A DNA stretch of 64,000 nucleotides from a virus (IMGVR_UViG_3300046517_001147:4463-68462), one strand, 5' to 3'; counted from the stretch's first letter, positions 34,888-46,700 are shown. Program-made: numbers and translations. Notes: a model not told the origin generated them from the sequence alone.

Positions 34888-37800
34888 ATCTTTAACGCGC
34901 TCGATCCAAACGTTCAAGTTCCGCTAAATCTTTTTGGCGGTCTCTACACGGAGGCAGACCCGACCTCTTTGCCCGAAGGCGCCAGTCCGCGTGTGATTAA
35001 CTGCGATTTTGACTTGGGTTCGGTATTCCAGCGGCCGGGAAAAGAAAGCGCGTTCACATATGATAATTTTTTCGATTTGACTCCCAATGCGGTTGAATCG
35101 GTTGGAACCGGGGCGCCGTGGAGCGCTGGCAGCGTCACGCTAAATGCCCCTACTCCTGGCACTTGTCCGCTGATTGCTTATTTTCCAAACGGTCCAGCCA
35201 CGCCAAGTTTTCTGGGAAATGTCACTACCGACGTTATCGGACCAAACACAAACGAGATGAAGGTAAATGACGTTATATTTTTTCTCGTTCAGACGGGGCA
35301 ACTTTTTCATCCGGACACCGCTTGCATTGGAATCACGGACAGTTTGGGAACTCTTTTTACCGAACTCGGCTCAAGGTTAGTTGCTTTCGGAGGAGAAAAT
35401 CTTCAGGTATTTTACGGACCATTGACAGCCGGGCTCGCCATTGGCGGAACGTATACCTTCCACGTCACCTACAACCACCAGGTTATCGAAGTAGAGCAAG
35501 TTGTGCTTGGAAAAGTAATCCGTGGAATCCTTCCTACTATTTCTCAAATAAACGAAGGTGTGTTTACTGAGCCTGGTCCTCCACCAACTCCCTATGGTGG
35601 ACCTCCAATCACTACTACGGACACTGAATTTGTGATGAGTTTCTTGTTGAGCCCACGCAATGCCCAAGTTGACCCTGATTACACCAATATCAACACAACC
35701 CCAGGAATCACCGGAACCTATATCGCCGCCCATTATGTAAGTCCGGACATTTCGGATTTTCACAGTCCTGCCGGAACTTACACTGGGAATTTTCACGGAG
35801 TCGCTGGCGGCGGAACAACCCAGGTGGCGGTGAAGAACGTTTCTTTCCCGCTTCGTCCATGCTGCGGACCTGTTCAAGTTTTGAATCCCGTTATTTCAGT
35901 GTCCGGTGATATAAGTGGAACTAATCTAATCACCTTACACTGCCAGAATTTCCCTACCGACGGTCCTGGCGTGATGCTGCTTCCTTCGGTGATCGGAGTT
36001 TTGTTTAACGTCTATTCCCCAGTAACCAGTGTTACCGATTCTCTTGGAAATACGTGGACAGCGGTCCAGCCACCGACTTCATATCAATTTTCCACCAACA
36101 GCCCCGGTGATTTTACTAGCTATTCTGTCTATGGCGTGGCTTTGCCTGACGGCATTCCGGCCGGCTATCAGATTTTCATGCACTTCGACGATGTTGGTTA
36201 CACTGCTGGATTTCAACCGAATCAAATAATGTATTTGAAACATGGCGTGTCGATTGACCAAGCGGCTTTTGCGTTGCCGGTTGGACCTGGCCTTGGAGGA
36301 GGATTTGTTTCCGGAGCTTCGATCACCACTAGTCAGCCGGAAGTTATCGTTTCCATCGCTGGCGTAATTGACCAATTTGGAGGGCACTATTCTGTTCCTG
36401 CTGGTAGTTCTCAATATCACAATGATGGCGGCTTTCCAGGGTTAGGCAGCGCGATCTATGGCGGATTACCATTTCCAACTTCTCAGCCAGCGGGAACCTA
36501 TAACCCTTCATGGGGAACTGCCGAAGAATCTCTTACACAGATTCCCATGAGCACGATTTCCATTGTTCCCTGTAGTAGCGGTGGAAGTCCTGGGCTCCCG
36601 ACTTCGCAGATTCTTGAAAACTTAAATTTTGGTCCGCCCATCCCGCCGAATGAGGGACACACAACAAATTGCGGTTGCGGGTGCTTGGCTGACGGAGACC
36701 TTCCACTGTTCGGCTTGGAAGTCCTAATCACTGGAAGTCAGACCGATCTTTCGCCGGATGCCGTTCTTACCGTGCAACTGCAACTCCCGGATGGAACTCT
36801 TTCACCTACCATATTCACAATTCAACTTCCGTCGAGCCCTGGAACGGTTGTCGTGGGAAGTCCGACGGAACTATGGGGATTGCCGCTCACTGTAGCTCTT
36901 ATCAATGACCCGAATTTCCAGGTGAATATCGTCGCGTCTACGACCGGCGGCGAACTGGTTACCTTCACTGCTACGGTTGTTTTGCGTGCATTCACTCCTC
37001 CGAATCCGCCTCCGGATATTAATTATCTGAAAACTTTCGCGCAGATTGACGGAGACCTGTACTCGCTGATGCTTGGCAGCAATGGCGTCATGTACCAAGA
37101 GGACGTAAACAACAATCCCAATGTGCTGACCCCGGTCTATACGGCAATCGAGCCAAACACGTTCGCTGAATCGGCTACGATCGACGATCGCGAATTTATT
37201 GCCTTGTCCAATCTCTTGAACGGTACGGACATTCCCTACACCTACGATGGGCAGAATTTCGACCGGCTATCGCAAGTCGGTCCTGGCGCTCCGCCAACGG
37301 CTTCTACTTCTACGGCCACGATCGATATTGTGAGCATCACGCAGCCAACGGCTAAAAGCGACCCTGAACAACCTGGCCAGCTTTCGGGAATCCTTTGGTC
37401 GAACGGTCCTGGCTCAACGGCTCCCGGCAACGTCCTGACGGTCTATTACGCTAGGGTGAGCGCGCAGCCCCTAGCCGATCCTGACCTGCAACCTGGCGTG
37501 GGTGTAGAACTAGCGGGAATCGACGTTCCCGGTCCAAACAACAATTTCAACGGCCAATCGGTAGACGGCGATTATCTCGTGGTGAGTATCGGGCAAGGCG
37601 TTCCACCGGGCGCGCAGTTTGAGCGCTGGTACTTCACGGTCACCATGCCGTCAACGCAAAGCGTCAATCAAGCCGACCATGAGGAAGGCCACGGACCTTT
37701 TGGAACCTATCAGGTCACTACGGCTACGCTCACCACTTCGGCGCAAGTGCCTAATCTCGAAGTGGGCAACTCTATCGGCATCTCTGGAACGGGCGGGGCT

Positions 37801-40257
37801 CCTCCGGCCGGCTACGACGGTACGTGGCCAATCCAGAAAACTCCCAATGCGGCGCAACTGCAGATTACTTCCACGTCGCTTACCGGGAATATCGCGACAT
37901 TTGGCTTTAACGTGATTACCGGAACAACTCCGGCCGTCGGCCAAACGGTTACCGTCTCCGGCACTCTCAACGGCAACGGCATTTTCAATATCGTGAACCT
38001 GCCGATTACTTCCACTTCGCCTGGGGTGTTTTCGGTCAATCTCACTAATCCCGACATTCCATCTTCATCTGAAAATGGCGCGGGAGTGATTTTCGGAACG
38101 ATCTTTGTATTCGACCCGCTGAAAGTGGTTGGCAATAGAACTGGTGGATCGCTCGTAACCATCGGCATCATTTCCGCCGGCATCCGCAAGGTTTGCTATT
38201 CGTTCCTAACCCGCAACGGATATATGACGGCGCCAAGCCCGATTCTGACTTTTGACGTGCCTTCGGGAGCTTCGACACTCACGATCGGTAACCTGGCTTC
38301 TGGTCCGGATGACGTGGTAGCGAGAGTGGTGCATCTCACCGCGGCCAACGGCGGCAATTTCTACAACATTCCAATCGATGTGATTGTGATAAGCAACGGT
38401 CTGCCGGTCACCAATACTTCGACGTACCTCAAAGACAACACTTCGCGCAGTATCAATTTGAGTTTTTCTGATGGCGTGCTGCTGGCGGCAACTTCGATCG
38501 ATACGCAAGGCAACAACCTTTTTGCCACTCTGGAACTGGGAAGCAGTCTGGGCATTATCGAATACGCTTCACGCGCTTTCGCCATTGGCGAGCAAAACAA
38601 GGTTCCTAATTTCTTGAACTGGTCTTTCGATGGCGGGTATCTGGAAGTGCCTCCCGCGGCTCCGGGCATTCCGCTTGGATGGACTCCGACCGCCGGTGGC
38701 ACTCTGGTCAATTCTCCACTCTTCGGATTCGCTTACCAGATTGCGAATGCTACCGGGAGCACGCAAGCCACGTATGGAATGATTACGCAGCCGGCATTTG
38801 TGGATGAATTTCTGGTGCCGATTATCAATGCTTCGACAAAATATAGCGTCCGCATCACTGCTGCGGTTGCGGCGGCAACAACCGGCAATCTGGTCGTAGA
38901 CCTTTACAGTCCCAGTTCCGGATTGGCGCTTGGAACGTTCTCCGTGCCTCTGGCTTCGCTCGGAACCACGATGGACATATTTACCGGGACGCTGCTGACT
39001 ACGGTTTTGAAGCCCGTTCCAAAGGACTTGATCCTGCGAGCCTACGCTGCGACGATTCTGAACGGCGCCGCGGTCACAATCGATCGCGTGGAAGTGTTTC
39101 CGACGGAGCAACCCGTACTTTCAACGCAGATTACCGGAAGCTATGTCAACAACTTCGAAGCGTTTGACGAAAGTGGCGAAGGCGGGATTGTAGACACTGC
39201 CGGAGAGAACCAACAGCCCGTTCGAAGCGCTTTTGTGATGTTTGACACGCTGTATATCGTCAAAAGCGGTTCGCTGCTTTCAACGCAGGACAATTCGCTT
39301 ACTGAACCTTCCGGATGGAGCATTCGCAATGTCTCCGCTTCGGTAGGAACTCCCTCTCTTTATGGCGTGACAACAGGAATCGATGAGCCAAACACCGGAG
39401 AGGCTTGGGCCATCATTGCCGGACAGGGCGGCGGCTACATTTTCAACGGTGGACAGCCGGTAAAGATCACCGAAGAGATTCAACTGCTCTGGAATCTCAT
39501 TAACTGGCGCTACGGGCATACGCTTTGGGTGAAAAACGACGTTAAGAATCGCCGGATTCTCTTTGGCGTGCCTCTGAAAACTCCTAATCAGTGGTTGCCG
39601 ACCGGAATTATTCCCGATGACCAGAATCCGACCACTCCCAACGTGATTCTGATGTGCAATTACCGCCAGTTGAATACCGGGGAGCAACTGGAAAGCAAAG
39701 TTGGCGTGCATGTGTCCTATGCCGGCCGGTTGATCGCTTCGGAACAAACCCGCAAATGGTCTATCTGGACAATCAAGGCTCCGGCTGCGGCTTTCTTGCG
39801 TAGGCCAGACAATACCGATGAACTTTTCCTTGGAAATTCGGATGAAAACGGGAAAGTGTTCGAATTGGTGGACGGTCTAGCTCAAGACGATTGCTCGGCC
39901 ATGACCCAGATTTACATTACCTATGGATTTGTGACCGATGATGGAGGGCAAGCCCTGAAAATCGGTTCCATGCGGAATGTCTACACTTATGCGGTGACCC
40001 GCGTGGACGGCGCTGGCAATTTGAATCTGCGGACATATCCAAACGACCTGCTTTCGCCATTTGCTCAAGATTTACTGCCGCGGCTGACTCTGCCGATGAT
40101 GGCCGCCGGAGATATTGAGGTTCCGCTGAACGAAACGGCAAATCGCTTGTTTTTTGAGTACAAAACGGATGAAATTGGAGCCAATTTCGACTTGAGCCGG
40201 TTGTTGGTGATAACGCAAGAAGACCCTTGGAGTCCGGTGCGCGGAGTGAATTACTAA
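34888..40257 (+). CDS. large tail hub/nozzle protein (P22 gp10-like) with inserted beta-sandwich domains
   Basis: About 1790 aa; N-terminal FGGL.TE..P..LPEGASP...NCDF; beta-propeller-like C-terminal part; start uncertain (ATC 34888 or TTG 34969). Confidence 0.7.
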   Translation: MFNALDPNVQVPLNLFGGLYTEADPTSLPEGASPRVINCDFDLGSVFQRPGKESAFTYDNFFDLTPNAVESVGTGAPWSAGSVTLNAPTPGTCPLIAYFPNGPATPSFLGNVTTDVIGPNTNEMKVNDVIFFLVQTGQLFHPDTACIGITDSLGTLFTELGSRLVAFGGENLQVFYGPLTAGLAIGGTYTFHVTYNHQVIEVEQVVLGKVIRGILPTISQINEGVFTEPGPPPTPYGGPPITTTDTEFVMSFLLSPRNAQVDPDYTNINTTPGITGTYIAAHYVSPDISDFHSPAGTYTGNFHGVAGGGTTQVAVKNVSFPLRPCCGPVQVLNPVISVSGDISGTNLITLHCQNFPTDGPGVMLLPSVIGVLFNVYSPVTSVTDSLGNTWTAVQPPTSYQFSTNSPGDFTSYSVYGVALPDGIPAGYQIFMHFDDVGYTAGFQPNQIMYLKHGVSIDQAAFALPVGPGLGGGFVSGASITTSQPEVIVSIAGVIDQFGGHYSVPAGSSQYHNDGGFPGLGSAIYGGLPFPTSQPAGTYNPSWGTAEESLTQIPMSTISIVPCSSGGSPGLPTSQILENLNFGPPIPPNEGHTTNCGCGCLADGDLPLFGLEVLITGSQTDLSPDAVLTVQLQLPDGTLSPTIFTIQLPSSPGTVVVGSPTELWGLPLTVALINDPNFQVNIVASTTGGELVTFTATVVLRAFTPPNPPPDINYLKTFAQIDGDLYSLMLGSNGVMYQEDVNNNPNVLTPVYTAIEPNTFAESATIDDREFIALSNLLNGTDIPYTYDGQNFDRLSQVGPGAPPTASTSTATIDIVSITQPTAKSDPEQPGQLSGILWSNGPGSTAPGNVLTVYYARVSAQPLADPDLQPGVGVELAGIDVPGPNNNFNGQSVDGDYLVVSIGQGVPPGAQFERWYFTVTMPSTQSVNQADHEEGHGPFGTYQVTTATLTTSAQVPNLEVGNSIGISGTGGAPPAGYDGTWPIQKTPNAAQLQITSTSLTGNIATFGFNVITGTTPAVGQTVTVSGTLNGNGIFNIVNLPITSTSPGVFSVNLTNPDIPSSSENGAGVIFGTIFVFDPLKVVGNRTGGSLVTIGIISAGIRKVCYSFLTRNGYMTAPSPILTFDVPSGASTLTIGNLASGPDDVVARVVHLTAANGGNFYNIPIDVIVISNGLPVTNTSTYLKDNTSRSINLSFSDGVLLAATSIDTQGNNLFATLELGSSLGIIEYASRAFAIGEQNKVPNFLNWSFDGGYLEVPPAAPGIPLGWTPTAGGTLVNSPLFGFAYQIANATGSTQATYGMITQPAFVDEFLVPIINASTKYSVRITAAVAAATTGNLVVDLYSPSSGLALGTFSVPLASLGTTMDIFTGTLLTTVLKPVPKDLILRAYAATILNGAAVTIDRVEVFPTEQPVLSTQITGSYVNNFEAFDESGEGGIVDTAGENQQPVRSAFVMFDTLYIVKSGSLLSTQDNSLTEPSGWSIRNVSASVGTPSLYGVTTGIDEPNTGEAWAIIAGQGGGYIFNGGQPVKITEEIQLLWNLINWRYGHTLWVKNDVKNRRILFGVPLKTPNQWLPTGIIPDDQNPTTPNVILMCNYRQLNTGEQLESKVGVHVSYAGRLIASEQTRKWSIWTIKAPAAAFLRRPDNTDELFLGNSDENGKVFELVDGLAQDDCSAMTQIYITYGFVTDDGGQALKIGSMRNVYTYAVTRVDGAGNLNLRTYPNDLLSPFAQDLLPRLTLPMMAAGDIEVPLNETANRLFFEYKTDEIGANFDLSRLLVITQEDPWSPVRGVNY

Positions 40258-40258
40258 A

Positions 40259-40870
40259 GTGGCCAAAACGAATCCTTCCGCTTTGGACATACAGAAAGAG
40301 ATTGCTTTCTTGCGTAAACAGGATGGCGGCCAGTGGATTGAGTCCGCTTTGCAGCGAATCGAGGACGCGGTAAACAATATCGGCAAGAATGGAGCGATTC
40401 CCCCGAAAGGGCTTTTGCCTCCGCCTCCTACGGTGCAAGCAGTCACCGTAAAAACGAATGGAAACGGTTTGGTGCATGCCGTCATTAACGATTCAAACCC
40501 GATCGACAAGAATCTGCACTATTTCGTGGAATACGATACTGACCCGGCCTTTCCGCAACCGCACGTCGCTCACCTTGGCGCTTCGCGGCAGATGGCTCCG
40601 GTTACACTCCCCGCAACCGACGATGACGGCAATCCACAAAACTTCTATTTTCGGGCATACTCGCAATACCCTGGTGGAGCGCCGGGACAAGTCGTACACT
40701 TTGGCGGGGAAACTCCGACTCCCGTAGCACCTGGCGGAACACAACAAATGACTTTGCTTCCCAGTACCGGAAGCGGTACAGCGCAAAATTCAGGACAGCA
40801 AGGCGGTTCTGGATTCGGAAAGATTATCAATCGTCCGTCTGCCGGACCAAAGAGGGCAATCAGCGCGTGA
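40259..40870 (+). CDS. tail-associated protein
   Basis: FN3-like segment YFVEYDTDPAF...YFRAYSQY. Confidence 0.55.
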   Translation: MAKTNPSALDIQKEIAFLRKQDGGQWIESALQRIEDAVNNIGKNGAIPPKGLLPPPPTVQAVTVKTNGNGLVHAVINDSNPIDKNLHYFVEYDTDPAFPQPHVAHLGASRQMAPVTLPATDDDGNPQNFYFRAYSQYPGGAPGQVVHFGGETPTPVAPGGTQQMTLLPSTGSGTAQNSGQQGGSGFGKIINRPSAGPKRAISA

Positions 40871-41259
40871 TTCGTACTTTCGAAGAAAGAGACCTTACCG
40901 CACTCGCGGAGATTCACGCCGAAAATGGTCTGCCGCCAAACTGCATGCCTGACCCTGCCGATCCGCTCATGCTCATCAAAGCGGTTGTCGAGCAACACGG
41001 CAAGCCGGTTATGGCCACGTTCCTGAAAGGCACGTCGGAGATTTATCTACTGGTGGACCACAACTACAGCACTCCGGAAGATCGTTGGCAGATGATGCAA
41101 GAGCTAAGGGACTATCTTTGCCGTGAAGCCTGGAGGCTTGGGCTAGATCAAATGACCTGTTGGGTGCCGCCGGAGATTGACAAGAGTTTCAGCAAGCGTT
41201 TGGAAGAGTTAGGCTTTCAGCGCTCTACTTGGGCTTCGTATACCCTAAACATTGAATAG
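40867..41259 (+). CDS. GNAT-fold virion assembly protein
   Basis: MIRTFEERDL...FSKRLEELGF; typical position before ejection proteins. Confidence 0.6.
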   Translation: MIRTFEERDLTALAEIHAENGLPPNCMPDPADPLMLIKAVVEQHGKPVMATFLKGTSEIYLLVDHNYSTPEDRWQMMQELRDYLCREAWRLGLDQMTCWVPPEIDKSFSKRLEELGFQRSTWASYTLNIE

Positions 41260-41297
41260 TTGTGCTACTATTTCGCCCATCGGGTTGAATCGCGAGG

Positions 41298-41966
41298 ATG
41301 CAGATGTTCCGAGTGCTTGAAAACCCGACATTTGATTTTGCTACCGGAGAACTCCTCTCCCATGATGGCGAATCGTTTGTTGAATCCTTCCCTGTAAAAT
41401 TCGATCGCGACATTCAAGGCAAAGCCAAGAAAAACGCTGGCACGGCTGGCGATGTGGCAACCGGCTACGGTTCAACCGCGGCACAGATCGGCTCAAGCGT
41501 TATTCCCGGCCTGGAGCAACAAGCGCAGCATCCTACCGGCTACGATCCCGTAACGAAAAACAATATGCTGGTCGCCAGTCAACAGGGAGTCGGCGGTGCA
41601 AGTTCTGGGGTTACTGGGGAAGCGAATCTAGCTGCTGCGCGCACTCGCAATGCCGGAGGATTTGGCCGGGTGCTGGATGAAGCGGCAAGAATTAAGGGCC
41701 GTCAACTTTCGCAGAACGCTCTGGGCGTCGAGAATCAGTCCGCGCAACTCGCTCAACAGAAACAGATGGACGCACAGAAATTGCTTGCCGGTCTCTACGG
41801 TACTGACACGTCAAACCAGTTGCACGCAATGGGGGTTCAGAATCAGGATTTGAATACGGCACTGGAAGCCGGTAAGAGTGGCTGGCAACAAAACGCGATG
41901 AACTGGATTAAGACTTTGACGCCGAAACCACCAGGCGGCGGCGGCGACCAGGGCGACCAGGGTTAA
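41298..41966 (+). CDS. DNA ejection/pilot protein candidate
   Basis: A/G/Q-rich helical sequence; podovirus synteny. Confidence 0.6.
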   Translation: MQMFRVLENPTFDFATGELLSHDGESFVESFPVKFDRDIQGKAKKNAGTAGDVATGYGSTAAQIGSSVIPGLEQQAQHPTGYDPVTKNNMLVASQQGVGGASSGVTGEANLAAARTRNAGGFGRVLDEAARIKGRQLSQNALGVENQSAQLAQQKQMDAQKLLAGLYGTDTSNQLHAMGVQNQDLNTALEAGKSGWQQNAMNWIKTLTPKPPGGGGDQGDQG

Positions 41967-43703
41967 ATGTTCACACTAGAAGACCTCTACAATCTGCCGA
42001 ACAATCCTACCGATGACCACAAGGTAGCGGCTGGATTGTTGCCCAAGCCCCAACCTCCTCCGGCTGCTCCTCCACTGACAAACGTTCCTCCGGTCTCTCC
42101 GGTCACTCCCCGACCGGCTGTTGACTGGAAAGCGAAGATTGCTGCTACTGCTCCGACTCCTGGGAAAACAATTCCGGAAATGGCTCCGGTTAATCCTAGC
42201 GCACCTGGAACTCCGAATTTGGGAACTGGGATTCCGGAAGATACTTCGGGTGTGCAAGCGGCTGCAACTGGAAAGATTCCTGAACTGCCGAAACTTGGTT
42301 TCAAGGAACGTCAAGCGTTGCCGCTGACTTCTGAGGGCGTGGCTCCTAATAGTCAAGGTTACTGGCAAGCGGAACAACAAAGACTGATCGATCAAAAACA
42401 GAATCCTTGGGGTAGCGAGGAAAACCATCCTGGCTTGCTAGGAAAGATTGGTCACGTAGCGGCGAAGATCGGAAACATCGCTGGCGACATTGTTGCTCCC
42501 GGCATAATGGCCAACATTCCCGGTACGGAGATGAACAAAGATATTCAACTTGGCCGGGCGGAAGGCAAGGAAGCGAAAGTTAAGGAAGCGGAATCACAAC
42601 AGAAATTGCGCTCCGCTGAAACAGACGAGGCCGAAGCTCGCGCCAGGAAACTGGCCGCGGAAGGCCATGCCGATATTGTGGAAGATGCTGCCGGAAATGC
42701 CGTTGCGTGGCGTGACAAGGATGGCAATATACATTCTCCGGATGAGGAAGGAACGCCCCCGGCAATTAAGAGCACCATTGAGAACTGGCAAGGAAAAGCT
42801 GGAGCCAAGCCACAAAAAGAAAATCTGCAGCAAGGTCTTGCAGGAGCGGTGCAAGATTATCTCGATAAGGGCGGAGACCCTAAAGGCATCCAAAGCGACC
42901 CGACAATTCAGGGATGGGGTGACCTGATAAAGAATTTCACTCCGGCTAAAGAAAAAGATGTAAACACAGCCGAGGATTTGAAACATCAAATCGTCGTCGC
43001 GACAGACAAAGGCGATGGAAAAGAAGTTGCCAGACTCACAAAAGAACTGATGGCGCTCAATCCAGAGGCTCAAGCGCGGTTGGCTGAATCTTATGCGGTA
43101 CTATCGGCCACGAATGCGAATCGCGAAACCACGCGGCAAGACAAGAGTTACAAGGAAAACTCTGGAATCTTGGATAAGGTAGGACAGCCGATCGAAGCGC
43201 TGAATGCACGCATGAGCCGCATGAAAGAAGGTTTGGCGCAAGGGACTCCGGCTGCGGATGCTCTTATCGGTCCAGAGTTGCTTTCCATTATGGCTGGTGG
43301 ACAAGGAACGGGCCTACGCATGACCGACACGGAAATTAATCGCGTCGTTCACGGCAAAGGACATTGGGAAAATTTGCAGCAAGCTATCAATCAATGGTCC
43401 TTAGACCCGTCGAAGGCCAATACCATCACTACTGAACAACGAAAAGAAATTCGCGCTCTAGTGCTCGCGGTAGACAAGAAGCTGCAGCAAAAGTCTGCGA
43501 CTCTTAACCAGGCGCACCAAGATTTGTTAGGAACCGATGAACCGGACAAGCACCGCAAGATCGTTACGGATGCTAGAGCAAAACTGAGCGCTATCGATAC
43601 CGGCGCCGAGGGTGGCGGCAGTGGAGTCCAGGTTCACAACGGCTTTGAATACACGAAAGGGGCAGACGGCCAATGGCACAAGGGCAAAGCGGTAGCGCCG
43701 TAG
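41967..43703 (+). CDS. internal virion/ejection protein candidate
   Basis: Pro-rich N-terminus, helical body; synteny. Confidence 0.6.
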   Translation: MFTLEDLYNLPNNPTDDHKVAAGLLPKPQPPPAAPPLTNVPPVSPVTPRPAVDWKAKIAATAPTPGKTIPEMAPVNPSAPGTPNLGTGIPEDTSGVQAAATGKIPELPKLGFKERQALPLTSEGVAPNSQGYWQAEQQRLIDQKQNPWGSEENHPGLLGKIGHVAAKIGNIAGDIVAPGIMANIPGTEMNKDIQLGRAEGKEAKVKEAESQQKLRSAETDEAEARARKLAAEGHADIVEDAAGNAVAWRDKDGNIHSPDEEGTPPAIKSTIENWQGKAGAKPQKENLQQGLAGAVQDYLDKGGDPKGIQSDPTIQGWGDLIKNFTPAKEKDVNTAEDLKHQIVVATDKGDGKEVARLTKELMALNPEAQARLAESYAVLSATNANRETTRQDKSYKENSGILDKVGQPIEALNARMSRMKEGLAQGTPAADALIGPELLSIMAGGQGTGLRMTDTEINRVVHGKGHWENLQQAINQWSLDPSKANTITTEQRKEIRALVLAVDKKLQQKSATLNQAHQDLLGTDEPDKHRKIVTDARAKLSAIDTGAEGGGSGVQVHNGFEYTKGADGQWHKGKAVAP

Positions 43704-46700
43704 CCGACGCTCCTGACACTCTTCCATCTGACTTTTTCGATAAGAAGAAACCGGCTGCTGGCGAAGCTCCGGACACTTTGCCCGGTAACTTTTTCGATGA
43801 AGCGCAAGAAGAGCCATCGGAAAAAGAATTACCCAGTTCGACTCCGCGCTTGCGTAAAGCGGTAGCGGCTGGCAAAGCTCCCGCGTCCACGCCAACTGAA
43901 TTTGAAAAAGGACATACGCCTTCTCCAGACGATACTGGGCTGTGGAATCGCGTCACGCAGGGCGCAAAAGATGTTGGTAAATTGTTGTATGGAATGGGTG
44001 CCGGCGCTCTTGAGCCTACCCTTGGGCCGGTAGGTGGAACACCTGGAAAGATTGCGGACCTTGCGACCTCCTATGCTTCGCGGCGCATACCGAATATCGG
44101 ACAAGAGGGTAACGCTGGCGGCCGGTCTCCGGCCTACAGCGCTCTCGCGACTGGCGCGCAAGCTGCCGGTATCGACCCAACTGGAATGGAAGCATCTGCG
44201 GAGCATGGCGACCCGATGGGCGTTGCTACTCATGCTGCCGCTCAAGCTACTCCTGTAGGAGTAGCTGAACTGGCGCGGCACGTCAAGATTCCTGACATTG
44301 GCGTGAAGAGTGGCTTGGCTGACCGATTCGCTACTCCTGCGATTGCTCCCGGCCTTAGCGAGCCGGCAACTGCAAATCTTGGCGAACCGATTGCCCGTCG
44401 TGGCGTGGAGAAAACTCTGCGCGCTACCGGGATGCCGTCTGGGAATGTTGGATTGCGTGAATCGTTTTCGATCGCGGCGCCAGACCTGGCAGAAATTGAG
44501 CGCAAGCAGCCTCTAGGAGAATCTGGAACAAAAGGCGGCGTCATCCGTCCGGATATGAGACTTCGGCAGACGGTTGAGAATATCGATAACCGCCTGGATG
44601 ACATTTGGAAGAAAGAACGGCAACCGCAAATCGATCGTAACGCTGAATTGCCGGCAATCTCCCGCGAGCAGTTGCTTGGAGATGCCACAATCGATCAACT
44701 AAAGAGAATTGAAAAGACGTTCAAGATGGATATTCCCGATCAGATCAATCTTGGCGAAGCGGACAAGATGCTGGTCAAAGTGAATGCCCGTCTGCGGCGT
44801 GCCGAAGGCATGACCCCGGAAGCAAGAGCGCTCGCCCTGGAACTAAGTCCAGACCTGCAGAAATTTAACGAGATGAAGGGCGAACTTCACAAGAGTATCG
44901 GTGACTTGCTTGAACGTGTGAATGAACCAGGTATTAAAGAGTTTAACCGTCGGTATGGCGCTCTATCCGAAGTGCGGGACGCCCTACGTACCAGGATGAA
45001 TCCGGTAGAAGCAGAAAGAGTACTGGACGCGGTGCGCGCTACTGGCGGATTGGGGCGCAACGTCAACCTATTCGAACGCTTGCACCTAAAAGCATCTCCT
45101 GGCCGTTTGGCTCAAAAAGGGTTGGAAGACTTGGCGCAATCGAATCTGCGGATTAATCCTCCTGCACAGCGGCCGCCGGTTGCTGGATTGCTTCCACCGA
45201 TTCCTGAACCTTTGCCCGGTCCTGTGCCTGAAAGTGGTTCGGTTCGCGGTGGACGGTGGACAACTCCGGCCGGATTGATTCCGCCGATAGCTCCGATTGA
45301 GGGTGAGTACATTCCTCCTCCGGAGACTACGGGCGCTGATATTCCCTACGCGCACCAACCGACTCCGCCGACGGTTCCTCCAGAGTTTCGCGTACAAGCT
45401 CCGCGCATGCGTTCTGGAACGATTCCGCCGATCGAGCCGGTTACTAGTACCACGAACCTTCCCGGCGGTGGTGTCCGCAACGCTCCATTGCTGCCTGGTC
45501 CTGCGTCGATCGCTGCGACTGCTCCTCCTCCGGTTGCTAGTAAATTCCGAATTGAGCCGATCGTGCCAGCAACTCCGCCGGTCACTCGCGGAGAAATTGT
45601 CGGACGTGGCCAGCTATTCAAAGGGCCGGCACAGATTCCCCAGATTCCGCCTCTCATGCTGCCGGAAAAGGCAACTGGATTTGCGGCGAACAAGTTGCCG
45701 TTCAAGGCGCCTCTTGAGCCTACTGCACCGACAAAGCCGATCATGGAAGGCGCTCCACCGATCGAGAGACCGACTGGCCAGCTACCTCTAAAGCCCGAAG
45801 CTGAACGTGCGGCTGCCATGAAGGAAATTAAACCGCCTTCGGCTAAAGGAAAAATCAAGCCGGTAGCGGAGCGCTTGAGCACCGAAGAGATTGCCGAAGC
45901 GGAAGGACTGCTGGCTTCCGAAGCCGGCGCAATGGCTACTGGAGACCGTCCAGGGGCTTACTTCGATGAGTCTGAACAAGGCGATGTGCGTCTAGGCTCT
46001 CGCGGCGCGCAGACTAGGGGCGGAGATTGGCGCGGGGTAAAGAGTGGCCGAAGAATGTATCCGTTCATGCGGGAGAATCCCGACGTTAACCCGCAAGCGG
46101 TCCTGAAAGCCCTGCGGAATAAGGACTCTGCTGCTTACAACAAGCTAATCACTCGCGCCGATAACTTCATCAAAGGAAACTACGAAAAACCTCCAGGGAT
46201 GGGCGCTATGGACTTCCTGAAAGCGCTTGAGAATCCAGACGCGGAGCCGGAGACGATCGAACCTGGCGCGGATGTATTCGCTCCGCCAGAACAAGAAGCT
46301 GCTCCGGAGCCGACTCCTGGTAGGATTCCTCAAATCGGCAAAGGACAGACGGGCGTCATTCCCGGCATGGAAGAGGACGTAGCAAGGCAGAACGAAGGTG
46401 CTGCTAAGGTTGCCGGCGAGAAACTGACTGCCGAAGCTAACCGGCCAAAGGATATTTCCGCGGCCGCTGGCGAGATGGAAACCAAGTCTCCGCTATTCCG
46501 CGGGACGGAAGCTAGTCCGCAACGGGAGATATTCGGCAATGCTCCGCCGGCCGCCAATGAGCCTCCAGCGACGATCGCGCCAGTCCTGAAAGAAACCGGA
46601 TGGGGCTATGAAGGCAAGAACAACCTAGGCCAGTACACTATCCGCATGCCGGGTACGGAAGTGCGGATACATCTATTCGAACGGGAACTGAATCCGGACT

